Source: Cytophagales bacterium
GTDB taxonomy: Bacteria; Bacteroidota; Bacteroidia; Cytophagales; 172606-1
Reading direction: 5' to 3'
Assembly (NCBI GenBank): GCA_030446715.1
Contig: JAUJMU010000015.1
Location: 36,953 to 100,952 of the forward strand
DNA: 64,000 nucleotides
Position numbers and translations under genes: made by a program. The stretch's first letter is position 1; each line of letters opens with the position of its first letter. Below are positions 1 to 7,757 of the stretch, piece after piece. Below the pieces are notes generated by a model. The model had not been told where the DNA came from. It searched no databases and worked only from the letters and a program-made list of their open reading frames with translations.

Positions 1-378
1 GTGGGATCGTTTGACCTGAGCCAGGGGATCACCTTTTCGGCTACGTGGGTGTTTCTTTCCGGGGCCCGGTTTACCCCGCCGGTGGGGCAGTATATCATTC
101 CCAACACGGGTCTTTCGGGCGTAGATGTGCTGCCGGTGTATACGGCCCGCAACAGCGTAAAACTGCCGTCTTCGCACCGCCTGGACGTCAACCTGATCAT
201 CAGGCGCAGGCCGGGCCGGAAGTGGTCAGGGGAGTGGCACCTTGGGGCGTATAACGTCTACAACCGGGCCCAGCCTTTCCGCATTGACGTGGCAAAGGAT
301 AAGAACGGCAACTACCAGTACCAGGCCAGCGGGCTGTTTGGCTTTATTCCATCGGTGGCCTATAACTTTAAATTTTAG
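1..378 (+). CDS. TonB-dependent outer-membrane receptor, C-terminal fragment (gene starts upstream of window)
   Basis: ORF is open from base 1. Beta-barrel-like C-terminus ends ...PSVAYNFKF (terminal Phe). A DUF4249-type lipoprotein follows, the usual Bacteroidota pairing. Confidence 0.75.
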   Translation: MGSFDLSQGITFSATWVFLSGARFTPPVGQYIIPNTGLSGVDVLPVYTARNSVKLPSSHRLDVNLIIRRRPGRKWSGEWHLGAYNVYNRAQPFRIDVAKDKNGNYQYQASGLFGFIPSVAYNFKF

Positions 379-479
379 GTGGCGGGTCAGCCATCAGTAA
401 TCAGCTGATTAACTATCGGCTGAATATCAGGAGATTGAGTTAATACAGTAGTAAAACTTATTTTATCAGGCATTTACCT

Positions 480-1358
480 ATGCGTTCAACCATCCGGATT
501 TTTCTTTTCTCTGCCGGCATCCTGCTGCTCTCGTGTGAGCCGCAGCCGATTCCGATTACCCTTGCCGATGCGCCCCTGAAGCTGGTGGTGTCGTCGCAGG
601 TGATTCCCGGCCGGATTATGCTGGTGGCCCTTACCCGTACCTTCAGTACGCTGGAGGGAGCATCACAGCTTGATTCCCTTACCGAAGAATTTCTGAATAA
701 AATACAGGTCCAGGATGCGGTGGTCACCATCAGCTACCAGGGCAAGACCGAAACGCTGCGGATGATTTCGCCCGGAATCTACGCCAGTGCCAATACGCTG
801 CAGACCGACTTTGGCACCTATACCCTCTACGCTCATGACCCGCAGACGGGGGAGAAGATAACGGCTGCTTCGGTGATGCAGCCGCAGGTGCGGTTCGTGC
901 GGGTGGAGCCCGATATTGTGTACGCCGACGGGGAGGTAAGGGCAGACATCAGCTACTCCTTCCGCGATGATCCGGCGGTGCGGAACTGGTATCTGATAAA
1001 CTTCTACAGGAAAGTGAGCCTGGGCCGCGACCGGCTGGACATCAACAACTACTTCGGGCGGGGCAGCAACGAGGAACTGGAGTTTGACCTGATCAGCGAC
1101 GAAAACCTGAAAGACCCGGAGTATTCCGCTCTCCGGAAGCTCAGGGGGGTAGAGGCAAGCGATTCCATTGCCGTCAGCATCTCCAGCATCAGTAAGGGGT
1201 ACTACGACTTTCTGACCCTTTACAAGCGGGCCGGCAATGTCATCACCCGCATTTCCGGCGAACCCGTCACCTACCCGACCAACGTTGTCAACGGCTACGG
1301 CTATTTCACCACCCACAAACCTGACATCCGCTTTTTTGATCTGAAAGAGTATAAATGA
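480..1358 (+). CDS. DUF4249-like lipoprotein (partner of TonB-dependent receptor)
   Basis: Lipoprotein signal MRSTIRIFLFSAGILLLSC. C-terminal ...NVVNGYGYFTTHK motif resembles the DUF4249 family. Sits directly downstream of the receptor gene. Confidence 0.7.
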   Translation: MRSTIRIFLFSAGILLLSCEPQPIPITLADAPLKLVVSSQVIPGRIMLVALTRTFSTLEGASQLDSLTEEFLNKIQVQDAVVTISYQGKTETLRMISPGIYASANTLQTDFGTYTLYAHDPQTGEKITAASVMQPQVRFVRVEPDIVYADGEVRADISYSFRDDPAVRNWYLINFYRKVSLGRDRLDINNYFGRGSNEELEFDLISDENLKDPEYSALRKLRGVEASDSIAVSISSISKGYYDFLTLYKRAGNVITRISGEPVTYPTNVVNGYGYFTTHKPDIRFFDLKEYK

Positions 1359-1393
1359 GGGGATGGTTATTTGTTGCTGGTTCTTGCAGATTC

Positions 1394-1831
1394 TCAGGGC
1401 GCTGAGGGAGCTGCTTGTTCGCAGTGCGGCCCGTTGCTGTAGGAATAACTTAACGCAGCTTTCACCGCATCGTAGTCCCTTTGGATTCCTTTGGAGAGAC
1501 TTCTCAGGGCTGTACCCTGGCAATCAGCAGCTTTTTGAAGCCACTCGTCGGGCAGTCCTGATTCCCTCCTGCGGACCATCGTGGCAAAATCAGTGACCAC
1601 GCAGTGAATGCTGGCGGCAGCCGGGCAGTGCGCAAGAATGGCCGCTAGTTCTTCCTGCTGACCGGCCGATAAATCATCCGGCAACCGGGAAAGCAAAAAA
1701 GCGGCTTTACGTGCCGGAACAGGAACGAGCCTGGTGCTGATTGATTCCGGTCTGGCGTAACGGCAAAGAAATTTACACAGGTTACCATAGCTTCCCCGGT
1801 AAGCCGTTACGGCAGAAAAAACGCCGCACAA
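1394..1831 (-). pseudogene. ISL3-family transposase fragment (5'- and 3'-truncated)
   Basis: The segment ...LSKGIQRDYDAVKAALSYSYSNGP... matches the conserved C-terminal region of ISL3 transposases (D..AV.AAL..WSNG.VEG). The N-terminal catalytic part and the terminal VEG...KR..YG segment are missing. Confidence 0.6.
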
Positions 1832-1975
1832 CGATCAGCAGCTTTACCGAAAAATCACTCCGGGGTAAGTCGGCTACTTTCCGCTGACAGTGACTATGAA
1901 CCGCCGTTTGGACTTGCTACCTTTGACTGGAGGCAAAAAGACAGGCAGATTTAATAGATTATTAAATTTGACCAC

Positions 1976-2280
1976 ATGAAAAGACAAGTATTTGACCAGG
2001 CCTTCAAGCAGATGGCCGTAGAGCTATCTCATGCCAGGGGATCAGTAAAAACAGCGGCCGCCGAGTCAGGAATCGATCCGGGTAGAATCAGTAAATGGAG
2101 ACAGCACCAGAATGGTAGTGTAGCTGTAAGTGAGAAGCCAAGCCTTTCAGCCGAACAAATAGAAATCAGGCGTTTACAGAAGTAGTTGAAGGAGGCCCAG
2201 CCAGAAAGAGATATTCTGGACCCGATGCTGACAACGTCTGCTGGTCCAAAAAGGCGGTCAGCATCTTTTCCAGGGGAGTC
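1976..2280 (+). pseudogene. IS3-family OrfA (HTH) fragment, decayed
   Basis: MKRQVFDQAFKQMAVELS...IDPGRISKWRQ is a typical IS3 OrfA HTH. There is an in-frame TAG at 2183-2185 (QK*LKEAQPERDIL), then a ~30-nt insertion before KKAVSIFSRG. No OrfB follows. Confidence 0.65.
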
Positions 2281-2486
2281 CACACCTGTACTGACATTCC
2301 TACCTGTACTCGGTTATTAGTCACATCATATAATTCCATCCGCTCATAGAGAATCTCATATCGTTCCCTAGAAATTTGCTCTATCCTTGATTCAATTTCT
2401 TGCAGGAGTTGAGACCGTACTTCCACTCCTTTCCGGTCATAAACATAGAGCATAGCTGCTGCACCACTTATTTCATCTTCATATAA
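2281..2486 (-). pseudogene. 3' portion of a cassette ORF split by the IS4-family insertion and truncated by the IS3 fragment
   Basis: Reads in frame with 3819-4064 once the IS (2487-3818) and one copy of the 6-bp duplication are removed (...ALTSLY|EDEISGAAAMLYVYDRKG...). The listed ORF 2166-2624 is a chimera that runs into IS sequence on both sides. Confidence 0.5.
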
Positions 2487-3818
2487 CAATAGTCCGTACA
2501 GTTTTAGGCAAGAGTTAGCAGCAAGGAGGCAGGCTAAAGGAGCAGTAAAAAGAAAAAGGTCGTAATGTTGAGGTGCGACACTTAACAAAACGACCCATGG
2601 GCATCCAAGGGATACTTGCCTCAATAATGAGCAAACTTTCCGGCGTAAACAAATGGCAAAGGAATTTCATGGTAGAAGTATTTAGCGTACTATTTTGCCG
2701 ACAGGGCAAAGCCACCTTTGAGAATCTGGCCCGCTATTCAAAGTACAATGAGTTGACGTTTCGCAGAGGGTTTAGTAAGTATTTTGACTGGCTGGGGTTT
2801 AACGTGCAGTTCATTGACTGGTCCAGTGGGGTTTTTATTGGAGTAGTGGATTGCAGTTTTGTGGGCAAGAGTGGAAAAAAGACTTACGGACTGGACAAGT
2901 TCTGGTCGGGGAGTGTAGGAAAAGCCGTCAAGGGTCTAGAAGTGAGTGTAGTAGGCTGCATCAATGTAAATTTGAAGCAAACCTTTGTCCTGGAAGCCAG
3001 TCAAACTCCCGCTGGCTTAGCCACCAAGGACGAAAAGGGTTATAGCCGAGTAGATTTCTATATGGAACAATGGCTGGACTGCTTACCATCTCTGGCACCG
3101 ATAGTCTACTTTGTCGCCGATGGATTTTAAGCCAAAGAGAAAATGTTTTCTGCTTTTCAAAAAGCGGGTAAACATTTGATTACCAAACTCCGTTTGGATG
3201 CGGCCTTGTACTACTTGTGGGACGAACCCCGAAAAAAAGGGCAGCGCGGCCCTTCGCGGAAGTATGCGGGTAAAGTATCCTTTTCCCAGGTAAGCTCCTG
3301 GCAGTATGTAGGGCAAGATCAAAAGTATCCTTATCTCGAAGTTTACTCGCAGCGGCTCTATTCCAAACACTATCAACGTACCCTGCTGGTGGTCTTAGTG
3401 CGTAATACCAAAACCAATCAGTATATCTTATTGGCTTCTGCTGACCTTACCCAGAATGCCCGCCAGATAGTCGAGTATTATCAACTACGGTTTCAACCCG
3501 AATTCATTTTCCGGGATGCTAAACAATTCATGGGACTCACCCAGTGTCAGGCCCGTGATCAAGACAAGCTAGACTTTCACCTCAATCTCTCGCTAAGTGC
3601 CGTCAATCTGGCCCGAGTAGCTTTACAGGAGGACAAGTCCTACGCCAACTCCATGAATGCCTTTATCCGAAGACAAACCAACCTGCACATTGCCCGACTC
3701 ATTTACGAGCAACTTAGCCCTGCTACCTCATTTGACCTGATGCAAGACAACTCTCTTAATCTTCAGTTTTGGCCCAATAAGGCCGCTTAACTTATTCTAT
3801 AATCTGTACGGACTATTG
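2487..3818 (+). mobile_element. Complete IS4-family insertion sequence (1332 bp) with 6-bp target site duplication
   Basis: Terminal inverted repeats CAATAGTCCGTACAG at 2487-2501 and, as reverse complement, 3804-3818 (15/15, with a weaker match further in). Flanking direct repeat ATATAA at 2481-2486 and 3819-3824. One transposase frame lies inside. Confidence 0.85.
2573..3790 (+). pseudogene. IS4-family DDE transposase with an in-frame TAA stop
   Basis: ORFs 2573-3130 and 3143-3790 are in the same frame, separated by TAA at 3128-3130 (..YFVADGF*AKEK.., Tyr codon expected). IS4 signature Y-x2-R-x3-E-x6-K is seen in YQLRFQPEFIFRDAK. Confidence 0.8.
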
Positions 3819-4064
3819 ATATAAAGAAGTTAAAGCAATTAGAATCGTTTGCTCAACACTCGGATGAGGATACTGACGTAATCCAACCACAGTATCTAAT
3901 TGATCTTCTAACTCAAAAGTATATGTCTCCCACTGCTCGTTAGCTTGAATGTCAATATATAGTGCTCCGCATTGCCTTGATTCCTCCTGGATTAATTTCA
4001 AGTGCTGAAGCATTTGGGTAACAAGTGCTTGATCTTCAATGAAAGTCCTGTTATTCATCTTCAT
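3813..4064 (-). pseudogene. 5' portion of a small cassette ORF (unknown function) interrupted by the IS
   Basis: ATG at 4064 lies 3 nt after the attC-like R' box (GTTGGCAATAATG on the minus strand). The last two codons plus the stop come from the IS end. AT-rich. Confidence 0.55.
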
Positions 4065-4068
4065 TATT

Positions 4069-4165
4069 GCCAACGCATCAAATACCCCCGCAGACCGTGT
4101 GCTCATGCTTTGGCTTTGCGGTGGGGCGCACCGGTTGTCGGCGGGTGTGGTGTTGGGCGTTAGTC
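4069..4165 (-). repeat. attC-like imperfect palindrome (same family as 42063-42154)
   Basis: Minus strand reads ACTAACGCC...GCCGACAACCGGTGCGCCCCACCGCAAAGCCAAAGCATGAGCACACGG...GATGCGTTGGC. About 48 central nt match the 42063-42154 element with ~4 mismatches. It starts at the stop codon of ORF 4164-4580. Confidence 0.65.
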
Positions 4166-4580
4166 ATTTGTTTTCTAATACTTCACTCACTACTTCTAAC
4201 CGGGATATGGGCCAATAAATATATTCTCCGATTATCCTTTTATCATTGGTCCAGTCACCAAGATTAAGTTTAAAATCACCAAAGTTGGCAATCACAGGAT
4301 TTATCCCTTCAATTTGCCCGTAACCAACGTATTCACCTGACTTTGAGCCTTTTTTAAGTTTCTTTTCCCGTTTTGCATTCAGCGAGAAAGTTGCCTCCCA
4401 ACTGAATCCAGAACTGAGTTCTGCTAACTCAATAATTCTTTCATCTCCTATTGTGAAATCTGCGCCCCAGAAATAAGCATCATAGCTTTTACCTGATTGT
4501 GTTTCAAAATGCACTACGCCTTCAAATCGATCGGTCAAATCAATCCCTGTTATCCGGACATTAACTTCGGTCGCTTTCAT
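4164..4580 (-). CDS. hypothetical protein (cassette-type ORF, AT-rich)
   Basis: 138-aa intact ORF with ATG start and AT-rich composition unlike the flanks. An attC-like element follows immediately. No family recognised. Confidence 0.6.
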   Translation of the reverse strand: MKATEVNVRITGIDLTDRFEGVVHFETQSGKSYDAYFWGADFTIGDERIIELAELSSGFSWEATFSLNAKREKKLKKGSKSGEYVGYGQIEGINPVIANFGDFKLNLGDWTNDKRIIGEYIYWPISRLEVVSEVLENK

Positions 4581-4852
4581 TTTTTGTTCCGATTACGCCC
4601 AACATACATACACACACAACCTTCCCATCCCCAACTGTGTGTATTTCCACTAAGCGGATACACACAACTCTCCTGCCGGAAAGAAAATGAACGGCAGATG
4701 TGATTGCTGCCAGTAAAGTAACGGTAAGACCGGTACTCCACAAGCTGTAAACCATTTTTAATTTCTGCCGGGCCCCTGCGCCGGAGACTGCCCCGGCAGG
4801 GCCGCAACGCTTCCTCCCAAACTCCGTACCTTTGCCAAAAACCAGCTGCCTC

Positions 4853-6376
4853 ATGCCCATGCCCTTCCGTCGCCTCGTCCGCAACGGCTTATTTGCCCTT
4901 TTCCTTGTTTGTGCCTGCGCCCAGACCTCCGAAACCAAAGTAGACCCACCGGCGGCACCCACTTCACTTGCCGGCCTGCGGGCGGAGGTGGCCCGGGTGG
5001 GCGAAGATTCGATCCTGAAGTACGGCAGCTGGGCGGTGCGCATTTTGAACGTAAAGTCGGGAGAGGTGCTGGTAGACCACAACAGCCGCCGGAGTATGGT
5101 GATTGCTTCCAACCTGAAAACCGTAACCACCGCCACGGCCATGGCGATGCTCGGCGAAAACTACCAGTTCAGAACCGACCTTCAGTACGACGGCCAGCTG
5201 CGGCCCGACGGCACCCTTACCGGCAACCTTTACATCCGGGGCGGCGGCGACCCGGCCCTGGGCGCCAGCCGCACCAGAGGGGCCATGCCCGTCAATGAAC
5301 TCACCAGCCTCTGGGTGGCAAAGGTAAAAGCGGCGGGAATCAAACGGATCAGCGGCATGGTGGTAGCGGATTCCGATATTTTCAATGACAACGTGATCCC
5401 CGGCGGCTGGAACTGGTCTGACATCGGCAACTACTACGGTTCTCCGGCGTTTGGCCTCAACATCAATGACAACCAGTACCGGTTGTTTTTCCGCCCGGGT
5501 GCCAAAGCCGGTGAGCCGGCCCGTATCCTGCGGAGCGACCCCCGGATGGATGCCATGGACTTTGTAAATGAAGTATTTACCGGGGCTCCCGGCTCGGGCG
5601 ACAACGCCTACATCTACGGCGTACCTTATACCGACCTGCGGTACGTGCAGGGCACCGTGCCCGCAGGCGTGGCCGAGTTCAGCATCAAAGGGGCCATGAC
5701 CGACCCGCCGCTGACCTGCGCCCAGATGCTGTATGATAAACTGCAGTCCGGCGGGGTACCGGTTGAAAAACTGCCCAGCACCACGCGGCTGCTCCGGCAG
5801 CGCAAAGCCTTGCCAGCGGCCCAGCGGACCGACATTTATACGCACCTGTCGCCGCCGCTGAAGGAGATTGTCTACCAGACCAACCTGCAGAGCATGAACC
5901 TGTATGCAGAAGCAATGCTGAAAATACTCGGGGTGGAGAAGTTCAAAGACGGCACCACCGTGAGCGGCACAATGGCGGTGGAGGAGTTCTGGCGGCAGCA
6001 GGGCATAAACATGGGCGGCTTCTTCATGCGCGACGGCAGCGGCTTGTCACGTTCCAATTCGCTGACAGCCATTACGCTCACGGGCATTCTGCAATACGCC
6101 GCCAATCAGCCGTTTTTCCCAGCCTATTATGCTTCCTTCCCGGTGGCCGGCGTGTCGGGCACCATGACCAGCGTAGGCCGGGGCACGGCTGCTGAAGGCA
6201 ACGTGCGGGCCAAAACGGGGACCATCGAAAGGGTCACCAGCTACTCGGGCTACTTCCGCGCCCGCGGAGGGGAATTAATGACTTTCGCCATCATAGCCAA
6301 TGACTACGATGGCGAAAGTAAAGCGATACGCTGGAAGATCGAGAAAATAATGGGAATGATGGCTAAGCTTCCCTGA
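4853..6376 (+). CDS. dacB: D-alanyl-D-alanine carboxypeptidase/endopeptidase, PBP4 (peptidase S13)
   Basis: Signal/lipobox LFLVCAC, S-x-x-K (ASNLK) and KTG (RAKTGTI) motifs, and length and domain order typical of PBP4. Start placed at MPMPFRR (4853). Confidence 0.88.
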   Translation: MPMPFRRLVRNGLFALFLVCACAQTSETKVDPPAAPTSLAGLRAEVARVGEDSILKYGSWAVRILNVKSGEVLVDHNSRRSMVIASNLKTVTTATAMAMLGENYQFRTDLQYDGQLRPDGTLTGNLYIRGGGDPALGASRTRGAMPVNELTSLWVAKVKAAGIKRISGMVVADSDIFNDNVIPGGWNWSDIGNYYGSPAFGLNINDNQYRLFFRPGAKAGEPARILRSDPRMDAMDFVNEVFTGAPGSGDNAYIYGVPYTDLRYVQGTVPAGVAEFSIKGAMTDPPLTCAQMLYDKLQSGGVPVEKLPSTTRLLRQRKALPAAQRTDIYTHLSPPLKEIVYQTNLQSMNLYAEAMLKILGVEKFKDGTTVSGTMAVEEFWRQQGINMGGFFMRDGSGLSRSNSLTAITLTGILQYAANQPFFPAYYASFPVAGVSGTMTSVGRGTAAEGNVRAKTGTIERVTSYSGYFRARGGELMTFAIIANDYDGESKAIRWKIEKIMGMMAKLP

Positions 6377-6794
6377 TAAACAGCCGGTTCAGGAAAACCG
6401 TTGGCGTGAATACTTTCCGGTTGGTCAGGCCCTGAACGGGTGCTGGTTGCCGTACCTGGGTGGTCATTACCGGACCGGGTGAAGGGAGGCGGTTCAAACG
6501 CCGCTCCTGACGTTTCAGTTTGCGGTACTGCCGCCGGAACGAAACCCGCTTGCCGCCCATCATCTCCACCCGGCGCAGCAGGCGCAGGGATTGACGGGCC
6601 ATCAGGAAGGCCACTGGCAGCAGCAGCAGATAGGCCGAAAAAAACAGCGTGTATTCCGTGACTCCCAGCGAAGGCAGCCATTCACGCAAAAAATACAGGG
6701 GCAGGCCCGTCAGTGCAAACATACTCACGGCAAATAAAAAAAGGCAGGCCTGCGACAGGACCAGTTCAGTCACCCGGCTGATGCGGGGAACCAT
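6363..6794 (-). CDS. hypothetical membrane protein
   Basis: Two predicted TM helices (LVLSQACLFLFAVSMFALTGL, YTLFFSAYLLLLPVAFLM) followed by a basic tail. Start chosen at MVPRISRV. Convergent with dacB and overlaps it slightly. Confidence 0.45.
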   Translation of the reverse strand: MVPRISRVTELVLSQACLFLFAVSMFALTGLPLYFLREWLPSLGVTEYTLFFSAYLLLLPVAFLMARQSLRLLRRVEMMGGKRVSFRRQYRKLKRQERRLNRLPSPGPVMTTQVRQPAPVQGLTNRKVFTPTVFLNRLFIREA

Positions 6795-6940
6795 CTGTGG
6801 CTTGGGAGTTGGAATTGTTCTCTTCACTACGCATAAAATGTTAAGACGGGTTAAACATTTGTTAACATTAAGATAACATACGAATGTACGCAAACATTCC
6901 ATACCTGTTGCGATTCGCGTAATAAGTTTGGAAAGCAATA

Positions 6941-7384
6941 TTATGCGCCCGGTTTGCGTATCTGCGTGACCAGCAGGTTGGAACTGCCTTTCGCCAACAG
7001 TTTACCTTCCGTATCCAAAACGCGGCATTCAGCGTGGATGATGTTACGCCCCTGCCGTACAATACCGGAGTGAGCCGTGATGCTACTGCCCAGCTTCGCA
7101 CCGGCCAGAAAATCAATGTTCAGGTTTACGGATGTATAGAAAAATTCGTGGTGGAGGCTGAATACCGTCATGCCGATCACATCATCAATGATGGCCGCCA
7201 CCATGCCGCCGTGGATGATGCCCATGGGGTTGGTCATTTCTTCGCGTACTGTGAATTGCAGCGTCAGCTCACCCGGCTCCGCCTTCAGCAGGGTGCCCCG
7301 CAGCCACCGCGACAGGGGAGAAGGGCTTTCCGTGATTTCCTGCCCCAGCCGGGCCTGCATCCATTGAATCGTTGGGTTGGACAT
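6941..7384 (-). CDS. PaaI-family hotdog-fold thioesterase
   Basis: NPMGIIHGGMVAAIIDDVIGMT motif and ~147 aa length are typical of PaaI/YbgC-like thioesterases. Start set at MSNPTIQW. Confidence 0.85.
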   Translation of the reverse strand: MSNPTIQWMQARLGQEITESPSPLSRWLRGTLLKAEPGELTLQFTVREEMTNPMGIIHGGMVAAIIDDVIGMTVFSLHHEFFYTSVNLNIDFLAGAKLGSSITAHSGIVRQGRNIIHAECRVLDTEGKLLAKGSSNLLVTQIRKPGA

Positions 7385-7757
7385 ATAAATTGAAAATTGA
7401 TAATTGACAACTGAAAATGGGGTCAGATGGTGGGTTTGCTGCATGGTTGAATGGTTATATGGTTGAATTGCTGGCTTGTCCAATTGTTATTCATCAGACA
7501 ATTGCTGTTCTCCTGTTGTCAGTAAAGCATAAGAAAATACAGAGTAACAGCCCTCAGCCATGCAACCTTCGGCCATCTGACCATATAACTATCCGGCCAT
7601 GCAACCACAAATAGCCGTCCGCATCCGGACACTTTCTGGTCGTATGCGAACAGGCAACTTTGTGGTTTACGCGGAATAGCTGGTTTTGATGCCCTTTTGC
7701 CGGCTGGCATGTAAGTTGGCACCCGTAGGACACACTCACCACCGAACTTTTTGCCGC

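Noticed and set aside
2166-2624. 152-aa minus-strand ORF as an intact gene
   Set aside because: It crosses the left inverted repeat of the IS and runs antisense into the IS3 fragment. Only 2281-2486 belongs to the interrupted cassette ORF.
4597-4710. A further attC-like site upstream of ORF 4164-4580
   Set aside because: Only a GTTGGGC box (minus strand, 4597-4603) and an unrelated 9-bp hairpin (TGTGTGTAT/ATACACACA) are present. There is no R''/L'' partner and no similarity to the conserved family core.
7438-7612. Imperfect inverted repeat (GCATGGTTGAATGGTTATATGG versus CCATATAACTATCCGGCCATGC) in the thioesterase/permease divergent intergenic region
   Set aside because: The arms are only ~70 percent complementary by eye, which could be chance in a 270-bp spacer. 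It is not strong enough for a regulatory call.
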